The notes: generated from the sequence alone by a model not told the origin. A stretch of 64,000 nt of DNA from the human T2T-CHM13v2.0 reference genome, Homo sapiens (GCF_009914755.1 NC_060948.1); one strand, 5' to 3'; counted from the stretch's first letter, positions 34,513-56,470 are shown. Made by a program: numbers and translations.

Positions 34513-34586
34513 TAGAGTATAAGATTGAGTTTTCACCTGCAAGCTGGTATTCAGCGTATCCACTCAGAGCCCTCGGAGGAAGCTTA

Positions 34587-34965
<379 letters not shown>

Positions 34966-34969
34966 TCAG

Positions 34970-35093
34970 CTCAGTAACAACGAATGTTCGTGCACATTTC
35001 GTGAAATTTGTCTGCATGAAGGAGTCACATTTGAGGTTCACGTGAATACTAGTCAAAGAGGATTTCAACAGAAACTGCTTTATCCAAATTCAG
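34970..35093 (+). CDS. CSF2RA: Exon 5
   Basis: cttcag|CTC...CAG|gtaagc; [19 protein letters not shown]...YPNS. Confidence 0.97.
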
Positions 35094-35181
35094 GTAAGCA
35101 AGACAGCTCAGGGATCCGTTTACAGCACTGGCCCCACCACCCCGCCAGCATCAAAGTACATCCCGTTGAACTTCGGAGTGA

Positions 35182-35628
<447 letters not shown>

Positions 35629-35880
35629 TAGTGATGTGATCTCAGCTCCCTGCAACCTGCGCCTCCCTCCAGGGTTCAAGTGATTCTCCTGCCTCAGCCT
35701 CCCAAGTAGCTGGGACTACAGGTGCACTCCACCACACCTGTCTAATTTTTGTATTTTTAGTAGAGACAGGGTTTCACCATGCTGGCCAGGCTGGTCTCCA
35801 ACTCCTGACCTCAAGTGATCTGCCTGCCTCAACCTCCCCAAAGTGCTGGGATTACAGGCGTGAGCCACTGCACCTGGCCT

Positions 35881-36750
35881 GTTTTTTTGGTTGTTGTTTT
35901 GTTTTGTGTTTTTTGTTTTGTTTTGTGTTTCTTTTTGTTTTGCCTTGTGTTTTTGTGTTCTTGTTTTGTTTTGTGTTTCTGTGTTTTTCTTTTGTTTTTG
36001 TGCTTTTTGGTTTCACGTTTTTGTGGTGTTTTGTGTTTTTGTGTTTTTGTTTTTTGTGTTTGTTTTTGTTTTGTTTTGTGTTTTGTTTTGTGTTTGTTTT
36101 TGTTTTGTTTTGTGGTTTTTGTTTTGTGTTGTGTTTGTTTTTGTTTTGTTTTGTGTTTTTTTGTTTGTGTTTTGGTGTTTTTGTTTTGTGGTTTTCTTTT
36201 GTGTTTGTTTTTGTTTTGTGTTTTTGTGTTTTTGTTTCATTTTGTTTTGTTTTGTGTTTTTGTGTTTTGTTTTGTTTTGTGTTTGTTTTTGTTTTGTTTT
36301 GTGTTTTTGTGTTTTTGTTTTGTGTTTTGTGTTTTTGTGTTTTGTTTGTTTTGTGTTTTTGTGTTTTGTTTTTGTGTTTTGTTTTGTTTTGTGTTTTTGT
36401 GTTTTGTTTTGTGTTTGTTTTTGTTTTGTTTTGTGTTTTTGTGTTTTTGTTTTGTGTTTTGTGTTTTGTTTTGTGTTTTTGTGTTTTGTTTTGTGTTTTT
36501 GTTTTGTTTTGTGTTTTTGATTTGTGTTTTTGTGTTTTGTTTTGTGTTTGTTTTTGTTTTGTGTTTTGTGTTTTTATGTTTTGTTTTGTGTTTGTTTTCG
36601 TTTTGTTTTGTGTTTTTGTTTTGTGTTTTGTGTTTTTGTGGTTTTTTTTTGTTTTGTGTTTTTGTTTTGTGTTTTTGTGTTTTGTGTTTTTGTGTTTTGT
36701 TTTGTGTTTGTTTTTGTTTTGTTTTGTGTTTTTGTGTTTTGTTTTGTTTT
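35881..36750. repeat. (TTTTG/TTTTGTG)n T/G tract, 870 bp
   Basis: Read directly. Confidence 0.95.
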
Positions 36751-36777
36751 CCTGATTGCTCTCTGAGCACTTTCTAA

Positions 36778-36996
<219 letters not shown>

Positions 36997-37370
36997 TGAA
37001 ATGGAATTTGCCTTAAAATCTGTGTAACTGAGGCCACGTGCGGTGTCTCACACCTGTAATCTCAGCACTTTGGGAGGCCGAGGCGGGCCGATCACCTGAG
37101 ATCGGGTGTTCAAAACCAGCCTGACCAACATGGGGAAACCCCATCTCTACTAAAAATACAAAAATTAGCCGGGCATGGTGGCGCGTGCCTGTAATCCCAG
37201 CTACTCGGAAGGCTGAGGAGAATCACTCAAACCTAGGAGGCGGACGTTGCAATGAGGTGAGATTGTGCCACTGCACTCCAGCTTGAGCGACAGAGCAAGA
37301 CTCTGTCTCAAAAACAAACAAACAAAAATCTGTGTAACTTTGGTGCTGTAACAAATTAGAACTGAGCTGA

Positions 37371-37665
<295 letters not shown>

Positions 37666-38729
37666 TGACCTCCCTCTTTACCTCCTTCCTTCTTTCCTTC
37701 CTCCCTGCCTTTCTGCCTTTCTTCTTTCTTCCTTCCTTCCTTCCCTCCCTCCCTCCTTTCCTTCCTTCCTTCCTCCTTCCCTCCCTTCTTCCTTCCCTCC
37801 CTCCCTCTCTCCCTCCCTTCTTCATTCCTTCCTTCTTCCTCTCCTTCCTTCTCCTTCACTCATTTCCTCCTTCCTTCCTCTTTTTCTTCATTTCTTCCTC
37901 ACCAGCACCTCTTCGTGTCCCAGTGCCCTGCTCCTGGCTGGCCTCTTGGAGCCAGTCCCATATGCCCACACGCTCTCCTCTTCCCAAGCCCACCGCATCC
38001 CACCCGTGGACTCCTTCATCCCGTTGGACGTTCCCAGCCTCTTCAGGCTTAGGACTCTCACAGAAGTGTGACTCCTGCCCACCAAGCCCATCCCCACCTC
38101 CCACCCTGGAACCCCTGCCCCAGTGGGTATCTCTCCTGTACATGGTAGCTGCCCCACCTCCACTTGGACCCAGTGTAGACAGGAGGAGACCCTGCCCCAT
38201 CTCCACCTGGACCCAGTGTAGTCAAAGAGGTGTCCCTACTCCACGTCCACCTGGACCCAGTGTAGACAGGAGGAGACTGCACCACCTCCACCTGGACCCA
38301 GTGTAGTCAAAGAGATGTCCCTACTCCACGTCCACCTGGACCCAGTGTAGACAGGAGGAGACCCTGTACCACCTCCACTTTACCCAGTGTAGACAGAAGG
38401 AGACCCTGCACCACCTCCACCTGGACCCAGTGTAGACAAAGAGGTGTCCCTACTCCACATTTACCTGGACACAGTGTAGACAGGAGGAGACTGCACCACC
38501 TCCACTTGGACCCAGTGTAGACAGGAGACCCTGCACCACCTCCACCTGGACCCAGTGTAGACAAAGAGGTGTCCCTACTCCACGTCCACCTGGACCCAGT
38601 GTAGACAGGAGGAGACTGCACCACCTCCACCTGGACCCAGTGTAGACAAAGAGGTGTCCCTACTCCACATTTACGTGGACACAGTGTAGACAGGAGGAGA
38701 CCCTGCCCCACCTCTACCTGGACCCAGTG

Positions 38730-39987
<1,258 letters not shown>

Positions 39988-40358
39988 CAGAGTAGACAAA
40001 GAGGTGTCCCTACTCCACATTTACCTGGACCCAGTGTAGACAGGAGGAGACCCTGCCCCACCTCCACCTGGACCCAGCGTAGACAAAGAGGTGTTTCTAC
40101 TCCATATCTACCTGGACCCAGTGTAGATGGGAGGAGACCCTGCCCCATCTCCACCTGGACCCAGTGTAGACAAAGAGGTGTCCCTAGTCCACATCCACCT
40201 GGACCGAGTGTAGACAGGAGGAGACCCTGCCCCACCTCCACCTGGACCCAGTGTAGACAGGAGAAGACTCTGCACCACCTCCACCTGGACCCAGTGTAGA
40301 CAGGAGGAGACCCTGCCCCACCTCCACCTGGACCCAGTGTAGACAGGAGAAGACTCTG

Positions 40359-40433
40359 CCCCATCTCCACCTGGACCCAGCGTAGACAAAGAGGTGTTTC
40401 TACTCCATATCTACCTGGACCCAGTGTAGATGG
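40359..40433 (+). ncRNA. MIR3690: MIR3690-type precursor sequence inside the 38-bp minisatellite (further copies at 40056 and 40662)
   Basis: Matches recalled precursor, with mature ACCTGGACCCAGCGTAGACAAAG at 40369-40391. Confidence 0.7.
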
Positions 40434-41028
40434 GAGGAGACCCTGCCCCATCTCCACCTGGACCCAGTGTAGACAAAGAGGTGTCCCTAGTCCACATCCA
40501 CCTGGACCGAGTGTAGACAGGAGGAGACCCTGCCCCACCTCCACCTGGACCCAGTGTAGACAGGAGAAGACTCTGCACCACCTCCACCTAGACCCAGTGT
40601 AGACAGGAGGAGACCCTGCCCCACCTCCACCTGGACCCAGTGTAGACAGGAGAAGACTCTGCCCCATCTCCACCTGGACCCAGCGTAGACAAAGAGGTGT
40701 TTCTACTCCATATCTACCTGGACCCAGTGTAGATGGGAGGAGACCCTGCCCCACCTCCACCTGGACCCAGTGTAGACAGGAGAAGACTCTGCACCACCTC
40801 CACCTGGACCGAGTGTAGACAGGAGGAGACACTGCCCCACCTCTACCTGGACCCAGTGTAGACAGGAGGAGACCCTGCCCCATCTCCACCTGGACCCAGT
40901 GTAGTCAAAGAGGTGTCCCTACTCCACCTCCACCTGGACCCAGTGTAGACAGGACCTACTCCACCTCCACCTGGACCCAGTGTAGACAGGAGGAGACTCT
41001 GCACCACCTCCACCTGGACCCAGTGTAG

Positions 41029-41319
<291 letters not shown>

Positions 41320-42173
41320 TGAGCGGTGACTCTGGGGTGAACGCACTTCGGGTAGCGGAGGAAGAGGTGAAGGGTCTGTGGCCTGTGGAGCCACCTTGAA
41401 AGAGGTTGCAGGGAGGGTGGACAAGGATGATCCTGCAACCATGGAACCAGGAAGTGGACCGGGAGGTGTGGGGGACGATGCCACAAGCAAGGAGAGCCTC
41501 TGCTCCACCTCCAGCTGGACGCAGTGTAGACAGAAGGAGACCCTGCCCCATGTCTACCTGGACCCAGTGTAGATAGGAGGACACCCGACCCCACCTCCAC
41601 CTACACCCAGTGTAGACAGGAGGAGACCCTGCTCCACCTCCATGGAGACCCAGTGTAGACAGGAGGAGCTCTTGTCCCACAACTACCTGGACCCAGTGTA
41701 GACAGGGAGAGAGACTGCCTCACGTCCACCTCGATCCAGTGTAGACAAGAGGAGATCTTGTCTCACAACCTCCTGGACCCAGTGTAGACAAGAAGAGACC
41801 CTGCCCCATGTCCACCTCGAGCCAGTGTAGACAAGAGGAGATCTTGTCCCACAACCACCTGGACCCAGTGTAGACAAGAAGGAGAGCCTGCTCCATGTCT
41901 ACCTGGACGACAGGAGAACACCCTGCCCCAAGGCCAGTGGGACCTTTCTGGATGGGTTACAGGAAGATATCTGGCCAGGAAGACTTCTGTGTTTGCAGCT
42001 CCTCATCCTACCTGTCTTGTAGATTCGGGGTTTGTGGAGGGAGACCTGCCTGCCACTCCGCAGGGACTCCTTCCCATTCGGTGCCCACACCAGGGGAGAC
42101 ACTGTGTGAACCATCTACAGTGTTTTAGAAATGGAAACAGTGAGCCTTGTGTTGTGTTTTGTTTTGTTTCTAG

Positions 42174-42203
42174 AATACCCAGCCTGGCACGGAAAACCTA
42201 CTG
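42174..42203 (+). CDS. CSF2RA: Exon 9, 30-nt micro-exon
   Basis: ttctag|AAT...CTG|gtaagt; NTQPGTENLL; phase 0-0. Confidence 0.93.
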
Positions 42204-42219
42204 GTAAGTGAAACCACAG

Positions 42220-45200
42220 ACCCTACTGACAACCCTCAGCGTAACCCTACGGTCCCCTACTCACCACACCTAATGTAACTCTACAGTCCCCTACTCATGA
42301 CCCCTACAGTCCCCTACCGACGACCTCCAGCGTAACCCTACAGTCCCCTACTCACCACACCTAGTGTAACTCTACAGTCCCCTACTCACGACCCCTACAG
42401 TCCCCTACTGACGACCTCCAGCGTAACCCTACGGTCCCCTACTCACCACACCTAGTGTAAGGAGGAGGAGACCCTGCCCCACCTCCACAGAGACCCAGTA
42501 TAGACAGGAGGAGCTCTTGTCCCACAACCACCTGGACCCCGTGTAGACAGGAAGAGAACCTGCCCCACGTCCACCTAGTTTAACCCTACAGTCCCCTACT
42601 CACCACACCTAATGTAACTCTACAGTCCCCTACTCATGACCCCTACAGTCCCCTACCGACAACCTCCAGCGTAACCCTACAGTCCCCTACTCACCACACC
42701 TAGTGTAACTCTACAGTCCCCTACTCACGACCCCTACAGTCCCCTACTGACGACCTCCAGCGTAACCCTACGGTCCCCTACTCACCACACCTAGTGTAAG
42801 GAGGAGGAGACCCTGCCCCACCTCCACAGAGACCCAGTATAGACAGGAGGAGCTCTTGTCCCACAACCACCTGGACCCCGTGTAGACAGGAAGAGACCCT
42901 GCCCCACGTCCACCTAGTTTAATCCTACAGTCCCCTACTCACCACACCTAATGTAACTCTACAGTCCCCTACTCATGACCCCTACAGTCCCCTACCGACG
43001 ACCTCCAGCGTAACCCTACAGTCCCCTACTCACCACACCTAGTGTAACTCTACAGTCCCCTACTCACGACCCCCGGAGTAATCCTACAGTCTCCTACTCA
43101 CGACGCCTACAGTTCCCTATTCATGACCACTAGCGTAACCATACAGTCCCCTACCCATGAGCCCTGGCATAACCCTACAATCCCCTACTCACCACACCTA
43201 GCATAAACCTACAGTCCCCTACCCATGACCCCTGGAGTAACCCTACAGTCCCCTAGTCACTACACCTAGTGTAACTAACCATACAGTTCCCTATCCATGA
43301 CCTCTGGCGGAACCCTACACTCCCCTACTCACAACCCCTAGTGTAACCCTACAGTCTCCTACCCATGACCCCTGGCGGAACTGTACAGTCCCCTACTCAC
43401 GACCCCTACACTCTCCTACCCATGACCCCTGGCGGAACCCTACAGTCCCCTACTCACGACCCGTACAGTCTCCTACCCATGACCCCTGGCAGAACCCTAC
43501 AGTCCCCTACTCACGACCCCTACACTCTCCTACCCATGACCCCTGGCGGAACCCTACAGTCCCCTACTCACGACCCCTACAGTCTCCTACCCATGACCCC
43601 TGGAGGAACCCTACAGTCCCCTACTCACGACCCCTACACTCTCCTACCCAAGACCCCTGGCGGAACCCTACAGTCCCCTACTCACGACCCGTACAGTCTC
43701 CTACCCATGACCCCTGGCGGAACCCTACAGTCCCCTACTCACGACCCCTACACTCTCCTACCCATGACCCCTGGCGGAACCGTACAGTCCCCTACTCACG
43801 ACCCCTACAGTCTCCTACCCATGACCCCTGGCGGAACCGTACAGTCCCCTACTCACGACCCCTACACTCTCCTACCCATGACCCCTGGCGGAACCGTACA
43901 GTCCCCTACTCACGACCCCTACAGTCTCCTACCCATGACCCCTGGCGGAACCGTACAGTCCCCTACTCACGACCCCTACAGTCTCCTACCCATGACCCCT
44001 GGCAGAACCCTACAGTCCCCTACTCACGACCCCTACACTCTCCTACCCATGACCCCTGGCGGAACCGTACAGTCCCCTACTCACGACCCCTACAGTCTCC
44101 TACCCATGACCCCTGGCGGAACCGTACAGTCCCCTACTCACGACCCCTACAGTCTCCTACCCATGACCCCTGGCGGAACCCTACAGTCCCCTACTCACGA
44201 CCCCTACAGTCTCCTACCCATGACCCCTGGCGGAACCCTACAGTCCCCTACTCACGACCCCTACAGTCTCCTACCCATGACCCCTGGCGGAACTGTACAG
44301 TCCCCTACTCACGACCCCTACAGTCTCCTACCCATGACCCCTGGCGGAACCCTACAGTCCCCTACTCACGACCCGTACAGTCTCCTACCCATGACCCCTG
44401 GCGGAACCCTACAGTCCCCTACTCACGACCCCTACAGTCTCCTACCCATGACCCCTGGCAGAACCCTACAGTCCCCTACTCACGACCCCTACAGTCTCCT
44501 ACCCATGACCCCTGGCAGAACCCTACAGTCCCCTACTCACGACCCCTACAGTCTCCTACCCATGACCCCTGGCGGAACCCTACAGTCCCCTACTCACGAC
44601 CCCTACAGTCTCCTACCCATGACCCGTGGCGGAACCCTACAGTCCCCTACTCACGACCCCTACAGTCTCCTACCCATGACCCCTGGTGGAACCGTACAGT
44701 CCCCTACTCACGACCCCTACAGTCTCCTACCCATGACCCCTGGCGGAACCGTACAGTCCCCTACTCACGACCCCTACAGTCTCCTACCCATGACCCCTGG
44801 CGGAACCCTACAGTCCCCTACTCACGACCCCTACACTCTCCTACCCATGACCCCTGGCAGAACCCTACAGTCCCCTACTCACGACCCCTACAGTCTCCTA
44901 CCCATGACCCCTGGTGGAACCGTACAGTCCCCTACTCACGACCCCTACAGTCTCCTACCCATGACCCCTGGCGGAACCGTACAGTCCCCTACTCACGACC
45001 CCTACAGTCTCCTACCCATGACCCCTGGCGGAACCCTACAGTCCCCTACTCACGACCCCTACACTCTCCTACCCATGACCCCTGGCAGAACCCTACAGTC
45101 CCCTACTCACGACCCCTACAGTCTCCTACCCATGACCCCTGGCGGAACCCTACAGTCCCCTACTCACGACCCCTACAGTCCCCTACCCATGACCCCTGGA

Positions 45201-46672
45201 GTAACCCTACAGTCCCCTACTCACGACCCCTACAGTCTCCTACCCATGACCCCTGGTGGAACCCTACAGTCCCCTACTCACGACCCCTACACTCTCCTAC
45301 CCATGACCCCTGGCGGAACCCTACAGTCCCCTACTCACGACCCCTACACTCTCCTACCCATGACCCCTGGCGGAACCCTACAGTCCCCTATTCACGACCC
45401 CTACAGTCTCCTACCCATGACCCGTGGCGGAACTGTACAGTCCCCTACTCACGACCCCTACAGTCTCCTACCCATGACCCCTGGCGGAACCCTACAGTCC
45501 CCTACTCACGACCCCTACAGTCTCCTACCCATGACCCCTGGCAGAACCGTACAGTCCCCTACTCACGACCCCTACACTCTCCTACCCATGACCCCTGGCG
45601 GAACCGTACAGTCCCCTACTCACGACCCCTACACTCTCCTACCCATGACCCGTGGCGGAACCCTACAGTCCCCTACTCACGACCCCTACAGTCTCCTACC
45701 CATGACCCCTGGCAGAACCCTACAGTCCCCTACTCACGACCCCTACAGTCCCCTACCCATGACCCCTGGAGTAACCCTACAGTCCCCTACTCACGACCCC
45801 TACAGTCTCCTACCCATGACCCCTGGCAGAACCCTACAGTCCCCTACTCACGACCCCTACAGTCTCCTACCCATGACCCCTGGCAGAACCGTACAGTCCC
45901 CTACTCACGACCCCTACAGTCTCCTACCCATGACCCCTGGTGGAACCCTACAGTCCCCTACTCACGACCCCTACAGTCTCCTACCCATGACCCCTGGCGG
46001 AACCCTACAGTCCCCTACTCACGACCCCTACAGTCTCCTACCCATGACCCCTGGCGGAACCATACAGTCCCCTACTCACGACCCCTACACTCTCCTACCC
46101 ATGACCCCTGGCAGAACCCTACAGTCCCCTACTCACGACCCCTACACTCTCCTACCCATGACCCGTGGCGGAACTGTACAGTCCCCTACTCACGACCCCT
46201 ACAGTCTCCTACCCATGACCCCTGGCAGAACCCTACAGTCCCGTACTCACGACCCCTACAGTCCCCTTCCCATGACCCCTGGCGGAACCCTACAGTCCCC
46301 TACTCACGACGCCTACACTCTCCTACCCATGACCCCTGGCGGAACCCTACAGTCCCCTACTCACGACCCCTACAGTCTCCTACCCATGACCCCTACAGTC
46401 CCCTACTCACAACCCCTACAGTCTCCTACCCATGACCCCTGGCGGAACCCTACAGTCCCCTACTCACGACCCCTACAGTCTCCTACTCATGACCCCTGGA
46501 GTAACCCTACAGTCCCCTATTCAGGAGCCGTAGTGTGACCCTACAATCCCCTACTCACAACCCCCGGTGGAACCCTACAGTCCCCTACCCATGACCTCTG
46601 GTGGAACCCTACAGTCCCCTACTCACGACCCCTAGTGTAACCCCACGTGTAACCCTATAGTCCCCTACCCAC
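42220..46672. repeat. 57-bp VNTR (34+23-bp subunits), ~53 regular copies at 43365-46385, with degenerate flanks
   Basis: Unit ATGACCCCTGGCGGAACCCTACAGTCCCCTACTCACGACCCCTACAGTCTCCTACCC. Confidence 0.97.
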
Positions 46673-47467
46673 GACCTATGTCTGCCTAGACCCAGTGTGA
46701 TCAGGAGGAGACCCCACCTCACCTCCCCCTAGACCCAGTGTAGACAAGAAGGAGAGCCTGCCCCACGTCTACCTGGATCCAGTGTAGACAGGAGAATACT
46801 CTGCCCGACATACAGTTGAACCACTCACAACCCTAGCGTCACCCTACAGTCTCCACGAACCCTACAGTCTTGGTTTATGGGACTCTTAGTGCCAGTGTGG
46901 CCCAGGGGTGGACACGGTGGATCCTGAACCGGAGGATGCAGATCTCACACGGGTGAGGGCCCCCTCATAGTTCTCACTGTGCAGGGTCTGCTCTTGGCCT
47001 CAACCTTCGTGTCCCAATGGTTGGAATATTTATGCTCAGCCTGTTCTACTGATTTTCCCATTTTATTCCTCTTTCCTCTACGTGGGTTAAGAATATATTC
47101 TAGTGACTGTCTAAGGAGATTATGTCTCCCTCTAAAATGCTTTTAGAGTGAGTACTGTTGCCGGGTATTTACCAAGTCTCGCGGCCACTCTGACCCTCGG
47201 TATCCTCCTCTGTCCGATGAGTATGCTAGACTTGGGGATCTTAATATCCCTTGCTAAACTATCCGTCTGAAGGTCTGTTAATATCAGTTGTTGATCCTGA
47301 ATCATTTATTTATGTATGTATTTATTTTTGAGACGGAGTCTCGCTCTGTCCCCCAGGCTGGAGTGCAGTGGTGCGATCTCGGCTCACTGCAAGCTCCACC
47401 TCCCAGCGATTGTCCTGCCTCAGCCTCCCTACAGAGATTCTACAGTCTCAGCCTGTAGCTGGGACTA

Positions 47468-48743
<1,276 letters not shown>

Positions 48744-48879
48744 TAATAACCAGAGAAGGGCCAGGTGCAGCGGTTCACGCCTGTAATCCCAGCAATTTGG
48801 GAGGCTGAGGCCGGCGGATCACCGGAGGTCAGGAGTTTGAGGCCAGCCTGGCCAACATGGTGAAACCCCGTCTCTACTA

Positions 48880-49068
<189 letters not shown>

Positions 49069-49341
49069 CTAACCAGGATTGGTGGCACATTCCTGTAATG
49101 CCAGCTACTCGGGAGGCTGAGGGCAGGAGAATGACTTGAACCCGGGAGGTGGAGGTTGCAGTGAGCTGGGGTCACGCCATTGCACTCCAGCCTGGGTGAC
49201 AGAGTGAGACTCTGTCTCAAAAAAAAAAAAAAAAAAAAAAAAGAAAAAGTAGAAGGAGGTGGTCTCATACTCATACGGGGTCATGCAACATTGCTTTGCT
49301 GGTGTTTTTTTCAGGGTGGATGAGCTAGAATCCCTTAATAG

Positions 49342-49722
<381 letters not shown>

Positions 49723-49733
49723 TGACCTCGTGA

Positions 49734-49982
<249 letters not shown>

Positions 49983-50216
49983 TAGTAGAGACGGGGTTTC
50001 ACCATGTTGGTCAGGCTGTTCTTGAACTCCTGACCTCAGGTGATCTGCCCACCTCGCCCTCCCAAAGTGCTGCAATGACAGGCATGAGCCACCCTGCCCG
50101 TCCGGGGAAGCTCTCTTCAAAGCCAGGTCTCGGCTGCCCAGGAGACAGGTCTATGCTTTTCTCTGAAGATGATTTTGAGGGCTCCAAATTGAAAAGGGGA
50201 ACGGGCAGGATATTGA

Positions 50217-51331
<1,115 letters not shown>

Positions 51332-51503
51332 TAGTGAGGCTTGTCTCGAACTCCTGACCTCAGATGATGCGCCCGCCTCGGCCTCCCAAAGTGCTGGGAT
51401 GACAGGTGTGAGCCACCGTGCCTGGCCCAATTTTTGTATTTTTGGTAGAGACGGGGTTTCACCATGTTGGTCAGGCTGGTCTCGAACTCCCAACCTCAGG
51501 TGA

Positions 51504-51908
<405 letters not shown>

Positions 51909-52077
51909 TAACCTGTGAAACACCTGGGCCTCCCCAATGAAAACAGGCCAGGCCGGGAGGAAAGCGCTTTGTCCAGTCTCTGTCTCTGTCTCTGAGAAAG
52001 AGAAACACAGCCTTGGCCGGGCGTGTTGGCTCATGCCTGTAATCCCAGCACTCTGGGAGGCCGAGGCGGGTGGATCA

Positions 52078-52371
<294 letters not shown>

Positions 52372-52571
52372 TCAGCCCCTCGGGCACAGGGATGGGAATG
52401 GAACAGGCAGTCAGCTGTGGGCAGCTTCAGGGAGTCTGAAGTCACTGCTGTTGAAGGGCTGAGCTCCAGAGGGGAAACGCCTGCCTTGATCCCACTAGCC
52501 TTGAAGAGCGTGGTTTCTGGGTTGGAGGTGGGTTTTTTTTTGTTTGTTTGTTTTTTTGTTTTTTGTTTTGA

Positions 52572-52772
<201 letters not shown>

Positions 52773-52882
52773 TAACTCTTGACCTCAGGTGATCCACCCG
52801 CCTTGGCCTCCCAAAGTGCTGGGATTACAGGTGTGAGCCACCATGCCTGGCCTAGTTCCTTAAGATGTTTGTCATTTGGTGA

Positions 52883-53005
<123 letters not shown>

Positions 53006-53292
53006 TGAATACCTGGGATTACAGGCAAGCACCACGATACTCAGCTAATTTTTGTATTTTTAGTAGAGACGGGGTTTCACCACGTTGGCCAGGCTGGTCT
53101 CGAACCTCAAGTGATCCACCCGCCTCGGCCTCCCAAAGTGCTGGGATTACAGGTGTGAGCCACTGCACCCGGCCTAGTTCCTTAAGATTTTCGTCACTTG
53201 GTGATTCTTAGTGAAGTTTTGCATAGTTGAGCGCAGACACCCCGCACGCAGCATCCCTCGGCACAGGGCGTTGATGGAAGGAACTCTGGTGA

Positions 53293-53640
<348 letters not shown>

Positions 53641-53807
53641 TGAGGCAGGGTGGTGGTCAAGAAAAGGAGGAGAAGACGGTAGAGAGGGCCAGGCACGGTG
53701 GCTCATGCCTGTCATCCCAGCACTTTGGGAGGTTGAGGCATGTGGATCATCTGAGGTCAGAGGTTCGAGACCAGCCTGGCCAACGTGGTGAAACCCCATC
53801 TCTGCTA

Positions 53808-54557
<750 letters not shown>

Positions 54558-55019
54558 TCATCCCCAGCAGGGAGAGGAGAGAGACAGAGAGGAACAGAGG
54601 CACAGAGAGGGGAGAGAGACAAAGACAGAGAGACACAGAGAAAGACACAGAAAAAGAGAGAGAGAGGGAGAAGGAGACATAGAGACAGGGACAAAGAGAA
54701 AAAGACGGACAGAGAGAGAAACAGAGAGACATAGGTGGACACAGAGAGGGGAGAGAGAGAGAGAGACAGAAAGAGACAGAGAGCAAGGGATGGGAGTGGA
54801 AGAGAGAGACAGATGGAGGAAAAAGACAGAGAGGGAGGCAGAGAAAAGACACACAGAGACACCGAGAGAGACAGGGAAGACAGAGGAGTCGGACTTAGTC
54901 TCAGCGAGAGCCCAGAGAGGGTGAACAAGGGCGAGGAACCATGTGACCTGCACCCTGAGACCCCATTGGCGCTCCTCTCCCACCCACCTCTCTCCGGCTC
55001 AGGGACTGCGTCTTATGTT

Positions 55020-56470
55020 GCAGTAGGCTGGCAGGCTGGAAAGTCAGGCCAGGGCTGATGCTGCATCCCAGAGGCAGAACTGTCCTGCATTCTCAGAGTG
55101 GGAGATGAAATTTTTAAAAAGGAAATAAAACTCTTGTCGGGGAACCTCAGCTTTTATCCTTTAGACGTTTGACTGATTAGACCAGGCCCACTCTTCTCCT
55201 TTACACCTTCGGCTGATTGAATGAGGCCCACCCTTCCCCCTTTACACCTTCGACTGATTAGATGAGGCCCACCATTCCCCTTTAGACCTTCGACTGATCA
55301 GATGAAGCCCACCCTTCCCCTTTAGACCTTCAGCTTATTAGATAAGGCCCACCCTTACCCTTTAGACTTTCAACTGATTAAATGAGGCCCACTCTCCCCG
55401 TTTAGACCTTTGACTGATTAGATGAAGCCCACGCTTCTCCTTTGGACCTTCAACTGATTAGATGAGGCCCACCCTTCCCCCTTCAGCCTTTCGACTGATT
55501 AGATGAGGCCCACCCTCCCCTTTATACCTTCGACTGATTAGATGAGGCCCACCCTCCCCTTTATACCTTCGACTGATTAGATGAGGCCCACCCTCCCCTT
55601 TATACCTTCGACTGATTAGATGAGGCCCACCCTCCCCTTTATACCTTCGACTGATTAGATGAGGCCCACCCTCCCCTTTATACCTTCGACTGATTAGATG
55701 AAGCCCACCATTCTCCTTTATACCTTCGACTGATTAGATGAAGCCCACGCTTCTCCTTTGGACCTTCAACTGATTAGATGAGGCCCACCTTTCCCCCTTC
55801 AGCCTTTCGACTGATTAGATGAGGCCCACCCTCCCCTTTATACCTTCGACTGATTAGATGAGGCCCACCCTCCCCTTTATACCTTCGACTGATTAGATGA
55901 GGCCCACCCTCCCCTTTATACCTTCGACTGATTAGATGAGGCCCACCCTCCCCTTTATACCTTCGACTGATTAGATGAGGCCCGTCCTTCCCCCATTTAG
56001 ATCTTCAACTGATTAGATGAGGCCCACCTTTCCCCCTTTGGACCTTCGACTGATTAGATGAAGCCCACCTTTCCCTTTTTAGACCTTTGACTGATTAGAT
56101 GAGGCCTACCCTTCTCCCTTTAGACCTTTGACTGATTAGATGAGACCCACCCTTCCCATTTAGACCTTCAACTCATTAGATGAAGCCCACCCTTCCCCCC
56201 TTCCCCTTTAGACCTTCAGCTTATTAATTAGACAAGGTCCACCCCCTTTAGACCTTCAACTGATTAGATGAGGCCCACCCCTCTTCAGACCTTCAACTGA
56301 TTAGATGAGGCCCACCCCCTTTAGACCTTTGACTGATTAGATAAGGCCCACCCACATTCTCCAGTCCAATCTCTTTTCCTGGAAATCAGCTGATTGTGGA
56401 CTTGACATCTACAAAGCCCCTTCGTAGCAGCCGCTGAGTCATGGTTTCATTCAATAACTGGGGACTGTAG
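55020..56470. repeat. MLT2-like ERVL LTR with an internal segment expanded into a 38-39-bp VNTR (~30 copies, 55155-56355)
   Basis: Unit CCTTCGACTGATTAGATGAGGCCCACCCTCCCCTTTATA; the last unit runs into GGCCCACCCACATT...AATCT as in recalled MLT2. Confidence 0.8.

Noticed and set aside
43365-46538. 1057-aa mucin-like ORF (MTPGGTLQSPTHDPYSLLP)n
   Set aside because: It is the translation of an intronic 57-bp VNTR; a stop-free triplet-length unit stays open trivially, and there is no signal peptide or unique domain
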